64,000 nt of DNA. Source: Methanobacteriota archaeon. Its GTDB lineage: Archaea > Halobacteriota > Bog-38 > Methanoflorentales > Methanoflorentaceae. Each line of letters opens with the position of its first letter. Position 1 is the first letter of the stretch. A program made the position numbers and the translations under genes. Positions 19,497 through 30,844 of the stretch are shown here, piece after piece. Location of the stretch: positions 51,464 through 115,463 of the forward strand of contig CAWDSY010000010.1 of assembly GCA_963805115.1 (NCBI GenBank), given 5' to 3'. Under the pieces are notes generated by a model. It had not been told where the DNA came from and did no database searches. It saw nothing but the letters and a program-made list of their open reading frames with translations.

Positions 19497-20129
19497 GGTA
19501 TTCTTTTGGATAGTATCACCCGCCTGCCGTTATTAGCCAAGAATCCCACTGATATCCAATGAGGACCTTATAGTCCCCATAAGGCTTGCCGTTTGTATTC
19601 TCGCTGCGACTTACGTTGTATTGCCTGATCGGAGAGCTTGGCGCGAACCAGCTCAGACAAGTTGTATATATCCCTCTATGCGCGTACATATGCGTTGCGT
19701 TTTGTTGCTGCATCGCCTGTTGATCGTATTCGTGCGAGTACGGAAAGGATTCCCGTCTCTTTTTCGATCCAATGAACCGGTGCCGTTCTGGGCGGGTGCG
19801 CTATGTCATCGATTTGCTTTTTTTTGTCGTGCAAAGCATCTTGCTGTCTAGATCATTGGCAGAAGGTTCTCAACAAGATCTGAGTTTGTCCTTGTCGACG
19901 AAATTAGATAGCTGATCGAGTTCCACCGCGAAGGGGCTACGGCGTGACTTGTGTTGTCCAAAGATCGCACAGCAAGAGCCTTCGGACTGTTGCACTATCT
20001 AAAAAAAAAACAGGCTAGGATCGAGGATTCTTGAATCCAAAGAAGATACCGTAATAACCACTCGCGAGCTTAGTCAACGTTTTCAGAACAGAATTACCGA
20101 ACTGGCGCCCTCTGCGCATCCCTTTTCGA

Positions 20130-21329
20130 TCAACCCTGCTTGCCAACCGGTTGCTCGTGCACTCGCGTCTCTAAGCTACTACGCGGTAGGGCGATGCGGA
20201 ACGTCGAACCTCGGCCGACGTCACTCTCAACAGTAATGGTCCCGCCGTGAGCTTCAATCATAGACTTCACGATGGCTAAGCCGAGCCCCACACCTCGTGA
20301 TTTTGTGGTGAACAACGGCTCGAAAAGCTTACTTATGTTTTCCGGAGGTATGCCTGTTCCCGTATCAGCTACACTTATAGAGGCGCTCTCTCCGCTTTTC
20401 GTGGTCTTTATGCTAAGAGTGCCGCCGTCGGGCATTGCCTGCAACGCATTGCCAATGATGTTTGTCAGTGCGCGCTGCATAAGGAGCGGATCGACATCGA
20501 GGTTGGGCAGACGAGGATCAAGCCTCTTCTCGATCGCAACACTATTGGGCGCTACAACACGACGTAGGGCATCGTTGACGAGTTGTTCTGTGCTCGTGCG
20601 CGTGATTTTCGGGTTCGGCGTCCGAGCAAAGTCGAGCAGATCGGTTACCATCGAGCTCATGTAAGCAACGTGTTCGTCTATCTTATCTAAACCGTCGTGG
20701 AGCTGCTGCGCCTTAAGAACCTTACTAGGCGCGAGGGACCCCTCTAGCGAGTCGACCTGTTTTTTCTCGAGGTAAATAGTGTTAAGAATGGCCTGCAAAG
20801 GGCTGCGGAGATCGTGTCCGACCATTGCCGCCATTTGCCCGATAGCCGCCAGGCGTTCCGCTCGCTTAAGTTCAGCCGTTTTTTGCTCTACCAGCTCTTG
20901 AAGGTGCTCAGAGTCCTGCGTGAGCTGCTCTTCAAGGTTTTTGCGCTCGATGGCGTAGTACATAGCGCGTTCCAGAGTGTCTACCGTCGACGTGCCTTTC
21001 ACGAGATAATCCTGCGCGCCCTCACGCACCGCGTGTACCGCCAATTCCAGATCGTCGAGACCGGTCAGGATGATGATCGGCACGTGCGGCACTGCTGCGC
21101 GCATCGTCGCGACGGTGGCGAAGCCCTGGCTGTCAGGTAGACCCAGATCGAGCAACACTACGTCAAAACTCCCCTGATCGCACCGTTCTATCCCGGCATT
21201 GAGACGATTCACGGCATCAAGCGTGTGCTTTGTCGCGGATGACTTAGTCAGGAGCCGTTTTATGAGGTGAGCATCGCCAGGGTTGTCCTCGACGAGGAGG
21301 ACGTTAAGTGCTCGATCACGTGCGTACAT
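20130..21329 (-). CDS. hybrid REC-histidine kinase
   Basis: LLVEDNPGD, LLDLGLPDSQG; H-box VGHDLRSPL, NIIGNALQA, DTGTGI, FEPLFTTK, GVGLGL. Confidence 0.93.
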   Translation of the reverse strand: MYARDRALNVLLVEDNPGDAHLIKRLLTKSSATKHTLDAVNRLNAGIERCDQGSFDVVLLDLGLPDSQGFATVATMRAAVPHVPIIILTGLDDLELAVHAVREGAQDYLVKGTSTVDTLERAMYYAIERKNLEEQLTQDSEHLQELVEQKTAELKRAERLAAIGQMAAMVGHDLRSPLQAILNTIYLEKKQVDSLEGSLAPSKVLKAQQLHDGLDKIDEHVAYMSSMVTDLLDFARTPNPKITRTSTEQLVNDALRRVVAPNSVAIEKRLDPRLPNLDVDPLLMQRALTNIIGNALQAMPDGGTLSIKTTKSGESASISVADTGTGIPPENISKLFEPLFTTKSRGVGLGLAIVKSMIEAHGGTITVESDVGRGSTFRIALPRSSLETRVHEQPVGKQG

Positions 21330-21331
21330 GC

Positions 21332-21781
21332 TCAGTCTTCCCGAAGCGGGAGCTTCACGACCGTGAACCAGTACTCTTCGATATGCTGTATCACGTTCAT
21401 GAATTGTGGCCAGTCAACCGGCTTGGTAATGAAGCTGTTGGCGTGCAATTCGTATGCTATCAAGACGTCCTCGTCAGCTTTGGACGTCGTCAATACGACG
21501 ACCGGTATGCTCGCAAGCGCCTCGTTGGATTTGATCTTTGCGAGCACTTCACGACCGTTCACCTTAGGCAGGTTAAGGTCGAGCAAGACCAGATCTGGGC
21601 GTGGAGCCTTCCCATATTCGACGTCGTGCAAATAGGCAAGTGCGGCTTCTCCGTCATTTGCGACGTGCAGGTTGTGGAGCACTTTGCCGGACTTGAGAGC
21701 GCGCTTGGTCAGAACAACGTCGGCTTGATTGTCCTCCACCAACAAGATTTCTATGTAATTCACACTATTTTTGTCGGTCAT
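21332..21781 (-). CDS. single-domain response regulator (Rcp1-like)
   Basis: ILLVEDNQAD, RPDLVLLDLNLPKVNG, LTTS, ANSFITKPVD, YWFTVVKLP. Confidence 0.93.
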   Translation of the reverse strand: MTDKNSVNYIEILLVEDNQADVVLTKRALKSGKVLHNLHVANDGEAALAYLHDVEYGKAPRPDLVLLDLNLPKVNGREVLAKIKSNEALASIPVVVLTTSKADEDVLIAYELHANSFITKPVDWPQFMNVIQHIEEYWFTVVKLPLRED

Positions 21782-21787
21782 ACCGCA

Positions 21788-24773
21788 CTATCCCCCCTTT
21801 GGAAGCGTGAAGTAAAACGTCGAGCCTTTTGCTGGCTCTGATTCCACCCAGATACGTCCCCCGTGACGTTCAACTATCTTCTTAACGACGGCGAGCCCTA
21901 TCCCTGTTCCCGGGTACTCCTCGCGCGCGTGGAGGCGCTGAAATACGGTAAAAATCCGTTCTGCGTATTTCATGTCGATGCCGATCCCGTTGTCGCGCAC
22001 CGAAAACACCCAGCCGTCTTTCGTTTCCTCTACGCCAACGTGAATCATCGGGGCATCATCGCCCCTAAACTTTATCGCATTACCTAACAGGTTCTGGAAA
22101 AGCTGAATAAGCTGGGATTCGTCTCCGAGCACCGTTGGCAATTGATCGTGCGTGACAACTGCGTGGCTCTCTTCTATCGCGACTTCAAGATTCGCAGTCG
22201 CTTTGGAGAGTACGCTGTTCATGCTGGTTGGTATGAACGGCTCTCCCCGCGTGCCCACACGCGAATACGCCAAAAGGTCGTCGATGAGCGTTTGCATTCG
22301 TTTCGCGCCATCGACGGTAAATGCAATGTATTGGTCAGCGTCAGCGTCAAGTTTTCCTTTGTAGTCCTCCTCAATTATTTGCACGTAGCTCGTTATCATT
22401 CGGAGCGGTTCTTGCAGGTCGTGTGACGTGACGTACGCAAACTGTTCTAGTTCAGCGTTGGATCGCTTGAGATCAGCGAGAGAAGTGGCGAGCTGGGCCT
22501 CCATTTGCTTGCGCTCAGTGACGTCTCGCGCGACTATGAGAAACGCAGCCGGTTGCCCCGCGGTATTTTCAACCAAGGAGATATTTGTTTCTATGTCAAC
22601 ACGTTCTCCATTTTTCCGGAGCAATTGCGAGTCAGCTCGGATGGTTCCTTTTTTCTCACTACCAGGCACGGTAAAGACGACGACAGATCCGACGAGGAGC
22701 TTACAGGCATCGGCGATCACAGACCGAAACTCAGGAGCGAGGAGATCCTCGAACGGCTTTCCCAGTATCTCTTCCCTCGATCGCTGGGTCAGACGTAAGA
22801 TGGCTTCATTGCAATCGGTAACCTTCTCGTCCAACTCCGTGATCACTATTCCGTCTGCCATAGTTGCGAAGGTGATGCGCAACGTCGCTTCAGATTCCGC
22901 GAGTGCCAACTCCGCTTTCTTGCGCTCAGTAATGTCACTGCTTATTTCGAGAATAGCGGACGCATTGCCCTTCTCGTCCTTCATCAGGGTCCAGCTGCTC
23001 GCAGCCGTGACCGGAACACCATCGCGCGTTACATGGATCAGCTCTCCTTCCCACAATCCGCTCTCCATAAGCTTAGGCCACAGCGCTTCGCGCGATTCAG
23101 GGAACCGTGTGCGCAACAGCGCGTTCGCGTTTTGACCTTCGGCCTCTTGCGTTGTCCACCCATACAGGCGCTCGGCGCCACGGTTCCAGTACGTTATGGT
23201 CCCTGCTGGGTCCAAGGTCATGATGGCATCGTGCGCCGCATTAAACATCGTTGCGTGCTGTCGTAGCTCTTGTTGCGCCTCACTCAGTTCAGAAATATCA
23301 AGTATGACACCGCGCTGCCCGATGACTACGCCATCCCGCATCATTGTAGCAGCACGGATTGAAATGGGGAGCGAGCTCTTGTCCTTCCGCAGTCCGGCGT
23401 ACTCCACCCTGCCAACGTCTTCCAGACTCATTCTCCGGCGAAACACCGCGCGTGCTCGCTTCCTATCGGCTGGCGCGATCAGTTGAAAAATGGACACTCC
23501 TGCCTCGAGCTCTTCTTTCGTGTAGCCGAACAGGTCAAAGACCGTGGCATTTGCGAAGGTCATGTGACCAGTTATGTTGGTTTCATACACGACGACCGGA
23601 AGCGCGTCGGTGATCTCCTGGATGCGTCGTTCACTCCCTATCAAAGCCGCTTGAGCACGCTTCCGGTCGGTGATATCAATGGCAATGCCGCGGAGCCCCT
23701 CATAAACGCCATCGCGAACGATCGGCATTGTACGGACGTCAAAGGGAGCAATGCTCCCGTCTTTTACAATAAAGTCATATTCGTTCCATCCTGTTTCTTC
23801 CCCCTGTATTCTTTTACGAATAGTCTCTCGCGCTCTGTCTCGGTCAAAGGGTGCAACAAAGTCAAGCATGTTCGCTTTCCCTTCGAGTTCTCCTATTGTC
23901 CAGCCGTACCGAGTAAACGCGGCTGCGTTTGCGAAGGTGAGGATGCCATTCGCGTCTGTCTCAAATATGACTTCCGGCAGCGCGTCGGTGAGTTCACGGA
24001 TGCGTCGTTCGCTCTCTTCCAGTTGTTCGCTCGGCACGCTTGCGCTCAGTAACGTTCAAGGCGATTCCGCGTATCCCTGCCGGAACGCCCTCTCGTACGA
24101 TCACTGAAGCACGTACGGAGACCGGGAATGTACTACCATCGCGCCGCAACCCCGGGACCTCTATCCACTCCGGAGGTCCATCAATTCCCGCCTGAGCAAT
24201 GGATTCGCGTATTTCTTCGTGTTTGTCGGGGGGAACTAGGTTATAGAGCGTGATTCCTGCTTCGACCTGCTCCCGTTTGTAGCCGAACTCTTTCAGTCCG
24301 GCTCGATTAACAAACGTGATATTTCCCGCCATATCTGTTTCAAATATCACCTCTGACAGCGATTCTGTGATCTCACGGATACGGCGATCGCTCTCGCGCA
24401 CCCTTGCTCCCGTGCCGTGCCTGTGCATCGCCATTTCAATCGTGGCCGTCAGTTCAAGCGCATCAAGTGGCTTTATGAGAATACCGTCGGGTTCAGCCGT
24501 AATTGCCCGCCGCACCGTGGCCTCGTCAGCGTTGGCGGTGATAAAGATGATAGGAATGTCGTAGCGACTGTTGATTTGTTGTGCAACTTCGATCCCGTCC
24601 TTCTCTCCGTCTAACCTGACATCCATGAGGATGATGTCGGGTTGTAACTCATCTGCGCGCTCAGTCACTTCGTCGATGCTCACTGTCAGGACGTCGTAGC
24701 TCATTCGCTGCAATAGGTTCTGGGTGTCCTGGCCACTAGTTGAATCATCTACACCGAGTATTATCCGTATCAT
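21788..24773 (-). CDS. REC-multi-PAS histidine kinase (Cph1-like kinase module), split by a 1-nt frameshift near 24027
   Basis: ORF 23994-24773 (REC+PAS) joins ORF 21788-24037 (4 PAS; SHDLQEPLR, QNLLGNAIKF, DNGIGID, GTGIGLA) at RKRAE/QLEESERR. Confidence 0.88.
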
Positions 24774-25288
24774 GTCGATGCTTCCCCTTCAAAGTGCGCA
24801 GAAAGAAGATATATCTTTGCTGCGTTGCTTCTCCCCTGTGTGTGTTGTGGTTGAGCTAATAAGCTCACACTGAGAGTGGTGAGCACGCAGATGCCGCACC
24901 GAATCGAGTCCTGAGAGGTGCGCGGCAAGCTGCATTGAGTGCCGACATTTTTTGCATCTACGTTTAAAAGGACGTTATGACAAGCCCCATTTGCTTATTG
25001 CACTGAGCTTCTTCTGTTTGAGAGGCCGATGCCACAGCGTGGTGTTTTTTATCCGCAGATAGCTACCAGAAAGGTCAGTCGTCAAGCTCGCGTAACACCT
25101 TGATTATCGGTTAACGCTACGACGTTAGAGAGATGAAGTAAGAATAAATAACGGTAACGGGACTCAGCCACTCTCTTTGGAATCTTCCCTAATAGCAGAA
25201 CAGTTCGTTCGTGCGCTAAGAGGCAGAGCGTCTCGCGATAACAAAGGCTAAATGCTTTCGGGTCGTCGGGAGGTAGTGACACACGCAA

Positions 25289-26092
25289 ATGAAAGATAAC
25301 AACCCAGACGTTGACAAAGCCCTCCGTCTAGCTGTTTGTTCTGACCAACGAAAAGACATCCTCCTCTTGATGAATGAGGGGATGAAATCGCTTCACGAGC
25401 TGCGCGACGAGCTCAAGCTCTCGCCTCCCGCGATCATACACGCGTTGCGAGAGCTCCAAAAGAGTCATTTCATTCGCCGAGATTCAAAGAGAAACTACTT
25501 GGTGACCCCTATCGGTAGGAGCGCTGCACGCAAAGTCATTGATTTTCAAGGTGCAATGGCAGTGCTAATGAAGAATGAAGCATTCTGGTCCGAGCACGAC
25601 ATGGATGGGATCCCCGATCACCTATTTGACACTATAGGGTCGTTACACGACGCTGGACTTATCGCAGGCACCCCCACTGATGTTTTTAAAGCTTTGCGCC
25701 ATTTTGTCGACCTGTTTCGAGACAGTAAAGTCGTAAGAATGGTCTCTCCGTTCTACATTCAAGACATTGGCCAGCTAGCGCTTCAGCAGTTTGCTCGCCA
25801 ACAACACGTGGAGCTCGTGCTCACCGACGAGGTATCGCGCCATTTGATTGACGAGATCGGTCGTGAACCTTTGAGCAAGGCATGCAGCGAACGCCTTGCA
25901 CTTTATGAGATCAGAGAGAATCCCAAACTCGTCCTGGTCGTTGCTGATGCGTTCATGGCGCTAGCGCTCCATCGTTTGGACGGTACATTTGATTATTCCT
26001 ACGCGCTAACAAGCCAAAATAAAGACGCGATTGCGTGGGGGCAAGAATTGTTTGAGTATCATGTCGCATCAGCACACAGCGTGGTCCTGTAG
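25289..26092 (+). CDS. winged-helix transcriptional regulator with DUF1724-type C-terminal domain
   Basis: N-terminal HTH (LHELRDELKLSPPAIIHALREL), FWSEHDMDGIP, AIAWGQELFEY typical of the methanogen wHTH-DUF1724 family. Confidence 0.85.
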   Translation: MKDNNPDVDKALRLAVCSDQRKDILLLMNEGMKSLHELRDELKLSPPAIIHALRELQKSHFIRRDSKRNYLVTPIGRSAARKVIDFQGAMAVLMKNEAFWSEHDMDGIPDHLFDTIGSLHDAGLIAGTPTDVFKALRHFVDLFRDSKVVRMVSPFYIQDIGQLALQQFARQQHVELVLTDEVSRHLIDEIGREPLSKACSERLALYEIRENPKLVLVVADAFMALALHRLDGTFDYSYALTSQNKDAIAWGQELFEYHVASAHSVVL

Positions 26093-26138
26093 GAGTGTTC
26101 CCCAAGCGGGAGCAAGACAAGCATAACGAGGAGGTAAA

Positions 26139-26510
26139 TTGGTGGGAAAACTGACCATATTGGTAGTCGACGATGACCGAGACACACTGAGCGGCTTTAT
26201 GCAAATCTTAAGTGAGCACGGGTACAACGTGGAAACTGCAGAAACAGGTCACGAGGCGATTGAGAAGTGCACTAGTGGCTCGCACGATCTCGCGCTTTTA
26301 GATATCAAGCTCCCCGATATGGATGGCACTCAGCTGCTCGAGCAGTTGCGGGAAATCGACCCCAAGATGAGAACGATCATGGTCACCGGCCATGCAACTC
26401 TGCACGGCGCTCTGAGATCTCTGATTTTGCAAGCCAACGCCTATCTTCTGAAACCAGTCGATCCTGGTGAGCTTTTGAAGGTTGTGAGCGCAACCCTAAA
26501 TGAGCGATGA
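26139..26510 (+). CDS. single-domain response regulator
   Basis: ILVVDDD, LALLDIKLPDMDG, MVTG, YLLKPV; SD GAGGAGGT. Confidence 0.9.
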   Translation: MVGKLTILVVDDDRDTLSGFMQILSEHGYNVETAETGHEAIEKCTSGSHDLALLDIKLPDMDGTQLLEQLREIDPKMRTIMVTGHATLHGALRSLILQANAYLLKPVDPGELLKVVSATLNER

Positions 26511-26633
26511 GCGGCCTACCTCATAGGCTACTGCAAAGCTTCTCGGGGTTAACAACGCTTATTGTAGACGCGTAAACTAGCACATTTAACAACGGCGGTA
26601 TCGATAAGCGTACCACCATCAAACGAAAATGAG

Positions 26634-27293
26634 GTGAAAACGTATGAAGCGCCAATTTATGCCTTTCTAATGATTTCTATCCTGGCGCTGACCGTATGTA
26701 GCGCAGTCTGCGTATCGGCCGCACCAACATCGGCCCAGCCGCAGCGACAAACGAACACTGTCAAGACCTCACCGTTCGCCTACTACACCGTGCACGTTGG
26801 CACGAACGCACTGTTGAGCGGTTGGCAGTACAACTACCACGAGTCATTTGGCTTTATAGAGGCCGGAACCGGGACCCACGTGGAGAGGTCGGTCTCCAAC
26901 GTGCTCTCGACGAATCTAGCGTGGCAGGCATCTAGCGTTTACTACGAGACGAGCGTCGCCTCTGTTGGCATCCAGTTCCGCCTCGCCGGAAAGATAACGC
27001 AGCAACAGTGGCAGAGCCTCTCGCAAACTCCCGTCACTATCCGGACGACCGTTCCTTACTGCTTGAAAACGAGCAGCGGTGGGGCAGCGCGCCTTGTGTT
27101 AGAGCCCGCCAACTGGTACTACGGCTTCTATCCGATAGCATCCGTGCAAGGGCGGACCGTTTGCGGCGTCGGCACAACCGAGGCGCGACTGACGCTCGGA
27201 AATGTCGTGCAAGAGACGTCCTCAGGATCGGGCATTTACGCGGAAGTGATACAGGTGTTCCTGACTCGCTCCTGGGTGGGCCCGTCTGCCTGA
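26634..27293 (+). CDS. secreted hypothetical protein, possibly truncated
   Basis: N-terminal hydrophobic signal-like segment, Ser/Thr/aromatic-rich body; SD GAGGTGA. Confidence 0.55.
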   Translation: MKTYEAPIYAFLMISILALTVCSAVCVSAAPTSAQPQRQTNTVKTSPFAYYTVHVGTNALLSGWQYNYHESFGFIEAGTGTHVERSVSNVLSTNLAWQASSVYYETSVASVGIQFRLAGKITQQQWQSLSQTPVTIRTTVPYCLKTSSGGAARLVLEPANWYYGFYPIASVQGRTVCGVGTTEARLTLGNVVQETSSGSGIYAEVIQVFLTRSWVGPSA

Positions 27294-27571
27294 CCCGTCA
27301 AGAAGACTACCGGGATTTCAAACTGATCTTCGATTTCGTGAGCCGTTTCTATCCCATCTTTTTCCCCTTTTAGCGGTACGTCCATGAGAACGAGATCTGG
27401 ATGCAGCTTCTCAACTGTGCGCAGCGCGGCTTCACCAGTTGCGGCCACGGCCGAAACGTCATAACCGCGGCGCTTAAGGCGCTGCGCTACATCTGTGGCA
27501 ACAATGGCTTCATCTTCAACGACGACGATTGAAGTCATTCTTTGCCTTCTGATGCTGTCAACCGCAATCAC
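27236..27571 (-). pseudogene. truncated response regulator receiver
   Basis: IVVVEDEAIVA, PDLVLMDVPLKGEKDGIE, PVVFLTG; no final KP motif; runs into the convergent gene. Confidence 0.75.
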
Positions 27572-29490
27572 CCCGCCAAAACGCTCGGTTCTTCTACTGG
27601 ACGTCCTTGCTGGTTCGACTTGCTAATCCCGTGTTGTGTCTTCTCCCAGTAAAATGGTCTTGTGAGGAGCTGCAAAGCACCTTTCCAAGCCGCTATGCTG
27701 ATCATGGCCCAATAGATGGGGACAAGCAGCGCAAATGGAATGAGGGAGTACTTCCGTTCTTTTACAGTAGCAATCACCTGTGTGATAATAAAAAAAGCAT
27801 TACCGACGACCAAATTGAAGAGACATACGTACGCCAGTGGATAAAACAACAAGAAGGGAAAGATGCCTGGAATCAAGAACGCGAGGGCTGTCGTCACCCA
27901 TAGTATAGGATTAATAAGGACGACAAAAATGCTATTGCCCAGCACGAGTTGAAAGAGCGCAAATTTGCGCCACCCTAAGTCTGCACGTAACTCACCTGGA
28001 TAGCGCATGTGTACGAGATATGTCTGAATATACCCCTTAATCCAGCGCGATCGCTGTCGGATCCAGTTCCACCACTTTGTGTTCGCCTCTTCATAGGTAT
28101 AACTATTGAGCATGGACGTTCTGAGCTTCTTTCGTGCGATCCGTATGCCGAGATCGGCATCTTCCGTCACGTTATAGGGATCCCATCCACCTAAGTCACG
28201 GAGCGCCTTGGTTCTAAAGTGGTTGCTTGTCCCTCCGAGCGGGATCGGCCCCCCGATTCGATCTATCCCGTGAAGATAGAAATCAAACCAATATGAGTAT
28301 TCTAAAGTGAACCAGCGCGTGAGCACATTATCCTTTGGATTATAGAAGTTCAAGCGAGATTGCAGGCACACACAATCAGGATCAACGTGAGAAAAGGCCA
28401 GCACGGCTTTCTTTAATTGATCGGGATCGGGATCGTCTTCAGCATCAAATATAACACAGAACTCGCCTCGTGCCCTTTGCAGGCCATAATTGCAGGCTCG
28501 GGGTTTTGTGTGTATATCAGCATCTGGAACAATGATCGGTTCAAATGGCCTGAGAAACTCGCGGTACTCGTCGGCGCTCATGGACTCCATGATCGTCTCT
28601 GGCTCGCCAAATAGACCCAATCTGCGGGCTGCGGCGAGGGTTTCGTCATCCTTTTCCTCCATCAAGATCTTAATATTGAGTTTATCTTTAGGGTAATCTA
28701 ACCGATGTAGGTTCCTGATTAAGTGCGGGAGCATCTTTGTTTCGTGATACACCGGCACAAATATGGTGAACACAGGCAATACAGCGTCATCAAGCTTCTC
28801 AATGTCTTCAGTTCGTATGGTGACCTCTGATCGTGAGCCTTGGAATCCGAAGAACGACACATAAAACTTGAACAGATTTAGCCCAAAATATACGACGTTT
28901 ATCACGGCAAAAAGTAGAATAAGTGACGCTGGATAGTTTCCTACGAACAACAGAAGAAAGGCGACTAAGACGATGATGATACCATATTGCTGCCAAGGGT
29001 ATAGGACGCGGTATGCAGATTCATCGGGTGCTCGTTCTCGTAGTTCCTCAAGTGCTCATGTGCATGTAGCTCGGTGTACCCTTGATCAATGGCCTCTTCA
29101 ATAGCATCGATTGACGTCACGTGTATCGTAATGGGCACTCTAAAAATATTTTCGAGCTTTGCAAAAAAAGTGGTATTGAAGTGGGTTTGCGGTGACGAAT
29201 TCCGCCCCCTCGCGCGAGAGTTTTAGTAAAAACATCAAATTCTCTTTCATTACCGCATACGGCAACCCTGGGGCCAAGTAACTCTTACTTAGGATTTGCT
29301 CCTTTGGGATAAATGTGAGGTGGAGGGCATCCGCTAAGGCTTTGAAAAAAGGTTCAGGCACAGTGATCTTGCGGTGATTTAGTTCGAAAATAAGACTTTC
29401 GGTGCTGATGTCAGCGTTGTTAAGAATGGTTTTATCTTCGATGCCATACTCTGTTAGCATAGCGACAAGATGATCTCTAGGTATTACCAT
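27568..29490 (-). CDS. membrane GT2 glycosyltransferase (cellulose-synthase/NfrB-like) with MshEN-like N-terminal domain; two 1-nt frameshifts near 29165 and 29055
   Basis: TKPRACNYG, IFDAED, GGTSNHF, TEDADLG, QRSRW, WEKTQHG; intervening frames read AKLENIFRVPITIHVTS..IEEAI and ALEELRERAPDESAYRVL. Confidence 0.85.
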
Positions 29491-29492
29491 CG

Positions 29493-30781
29493 CGTTGACG
29501 GCGGTGAAGGCCCCGAATTGCTTGACCAGATGAGAGACTTCAATCGGCTGCACGTCGGGTTTCGTCGTTTCGATAGCGTTTGCTGCTGCTCCAACCGAGG
29601 GCGTCGGCGTGTCGATAGCTTTCGCTGCTGCTCCCTCCGTGGATGTCGGCGAGAAGGGCATGCCGTCGTGCAGTACGATCTTACCTGCCTCTTCAACTTC
29701 CAGATTGGTTACTTTCACGCTTCTTTTCGATAGCGTTTGCTGCTGCTCCAACCGAGGGCGTCGGCGTGTCGATAGCTTTCGCTGCTGCTCCCTCCGTGGA
29801 TGTCGGCGAGAAGGGCATGCCGTCGTGCAGTACGATCTTACCTGCCTCTTCAACTTCCAGATTGGTTCCTTTCACGCTTCTCTCCAACGTTTCTAGCTTC
29901 TGGAGTCGTTCTTCTATAAAGTCCGTCACTTTATCCTCATCGAGTCTTTCAGCGGCACGTCGTTCTTTTAGCTTCTCCTCCATTACCTGTAACAAATCGT
30001 CAGGATTAAAAGGCTTAACAATGTAAGCTTTTGCTTCCAAATTTACAGATTGAATGGCGTTCTCTAAGCTCGCGGACCCAGTCACCATGATCTTGATCAT
30101 CCCCGGCTTGATCTCTTGGAGACGCTCAAGCAGCTCGGTGCCCTGCATATCAGGAAGGTCTATGTCTAAGAGCGCGATGTCAAACCAGTCACTTTTTACC
30201 TTGTGAATGGCATCGCGTGAGGTTTCTGCTGTTTGTACAGCGTAGCCTGCGCTCTCGAGGATGGCTTTGGTGCTTTCGAGGATGGTCCGATCATCGTCAA
30301 CAATGAGCACGGTATTCTTTTGGATAGTATCACCCGCCTGCCGCTATTAGCCAAGAATCCCACTGATATCCAATGAGGACCTTATAGTCCCCATAAGGCT
30401 TGCCGTTTGTATTCTCGCTGCGACTTACGTTGTATTGCCTGATCGGAGAGCTTGGCGCGAACCAGCTCAGACAAGTTGTATATATCCCTCTATGCGCGTA
30501 CATATGCGTTGCGTTTTGTTGCTGCATCGCCTGTTGATCGTATTCGTGCGAGTACGGAAAGGATTCCCGTCTCTTTTTCGATCCAATGAACCGGTGCCGT
30601 TCTGGGCGGGTGCGCTATGTCATCGATTTGCTTTTTTTGTCGTGCAAAGCGTGACTTGTGTTGTCCAAAGATCGCGCAGTAAGAACCTTCGGACTGTTGC
30701 ACTATCTAAAAAAAAACAGGCTAGGATCGAGGATTCTTGAATCCAAAGAAGATACCGTAATAACCACTCGCGAGCTTAGTC
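29493..30781. repeat. segmental duplication copy 2, containing an internal 157-bp tandem duplication
   Basis: Matches 18289-20075; CGATAGCGTTTGCTGC at 29571 and 29728. Confidence 0.93.
29693..30310 (-). CDS. response regulator receiver protein, copy 2; probably the N-terminus of a REC-linker-GT2 fusion
   Basis: REC domain same as copy 1 apart from Q8R. Confidence 0.88.
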   Translation of the reverse strand: MLIVDDDRTILESTKAILESAGYAVQTAETSRDAIHKVKSDWFDIALLDIDLPDMQGTELLERLQEIKPGMIKIMVTGSASLENAIQSVNLEAKAYIVKPFNPDDLLQVMEEKLKERRAAERLDEDKVTDFIEERLQKLETLERSVKGTNLEVEEAGKIVLHDGMPFSPTSTEGAAAKAIDTPTPSVGAAANAIEKKRESNQSGS

Positions 30782-30844
30782 GACCGATCCTGCCTCCAGG
30801 GTGACCCGTCATGCTATTAAGCGGGTGCGGCGTAACGCACAGCG

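Larger units (their letters stand above)
18289..20075. repeat. segmental duplication copy 1 (promoter + REC + linker + ABC 5' fragment)
   Basis: Near-identical to 29493-30781 except for repeat copy number and a ~105-bp extra segment near 19838-19942. Confidence 0.93.
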
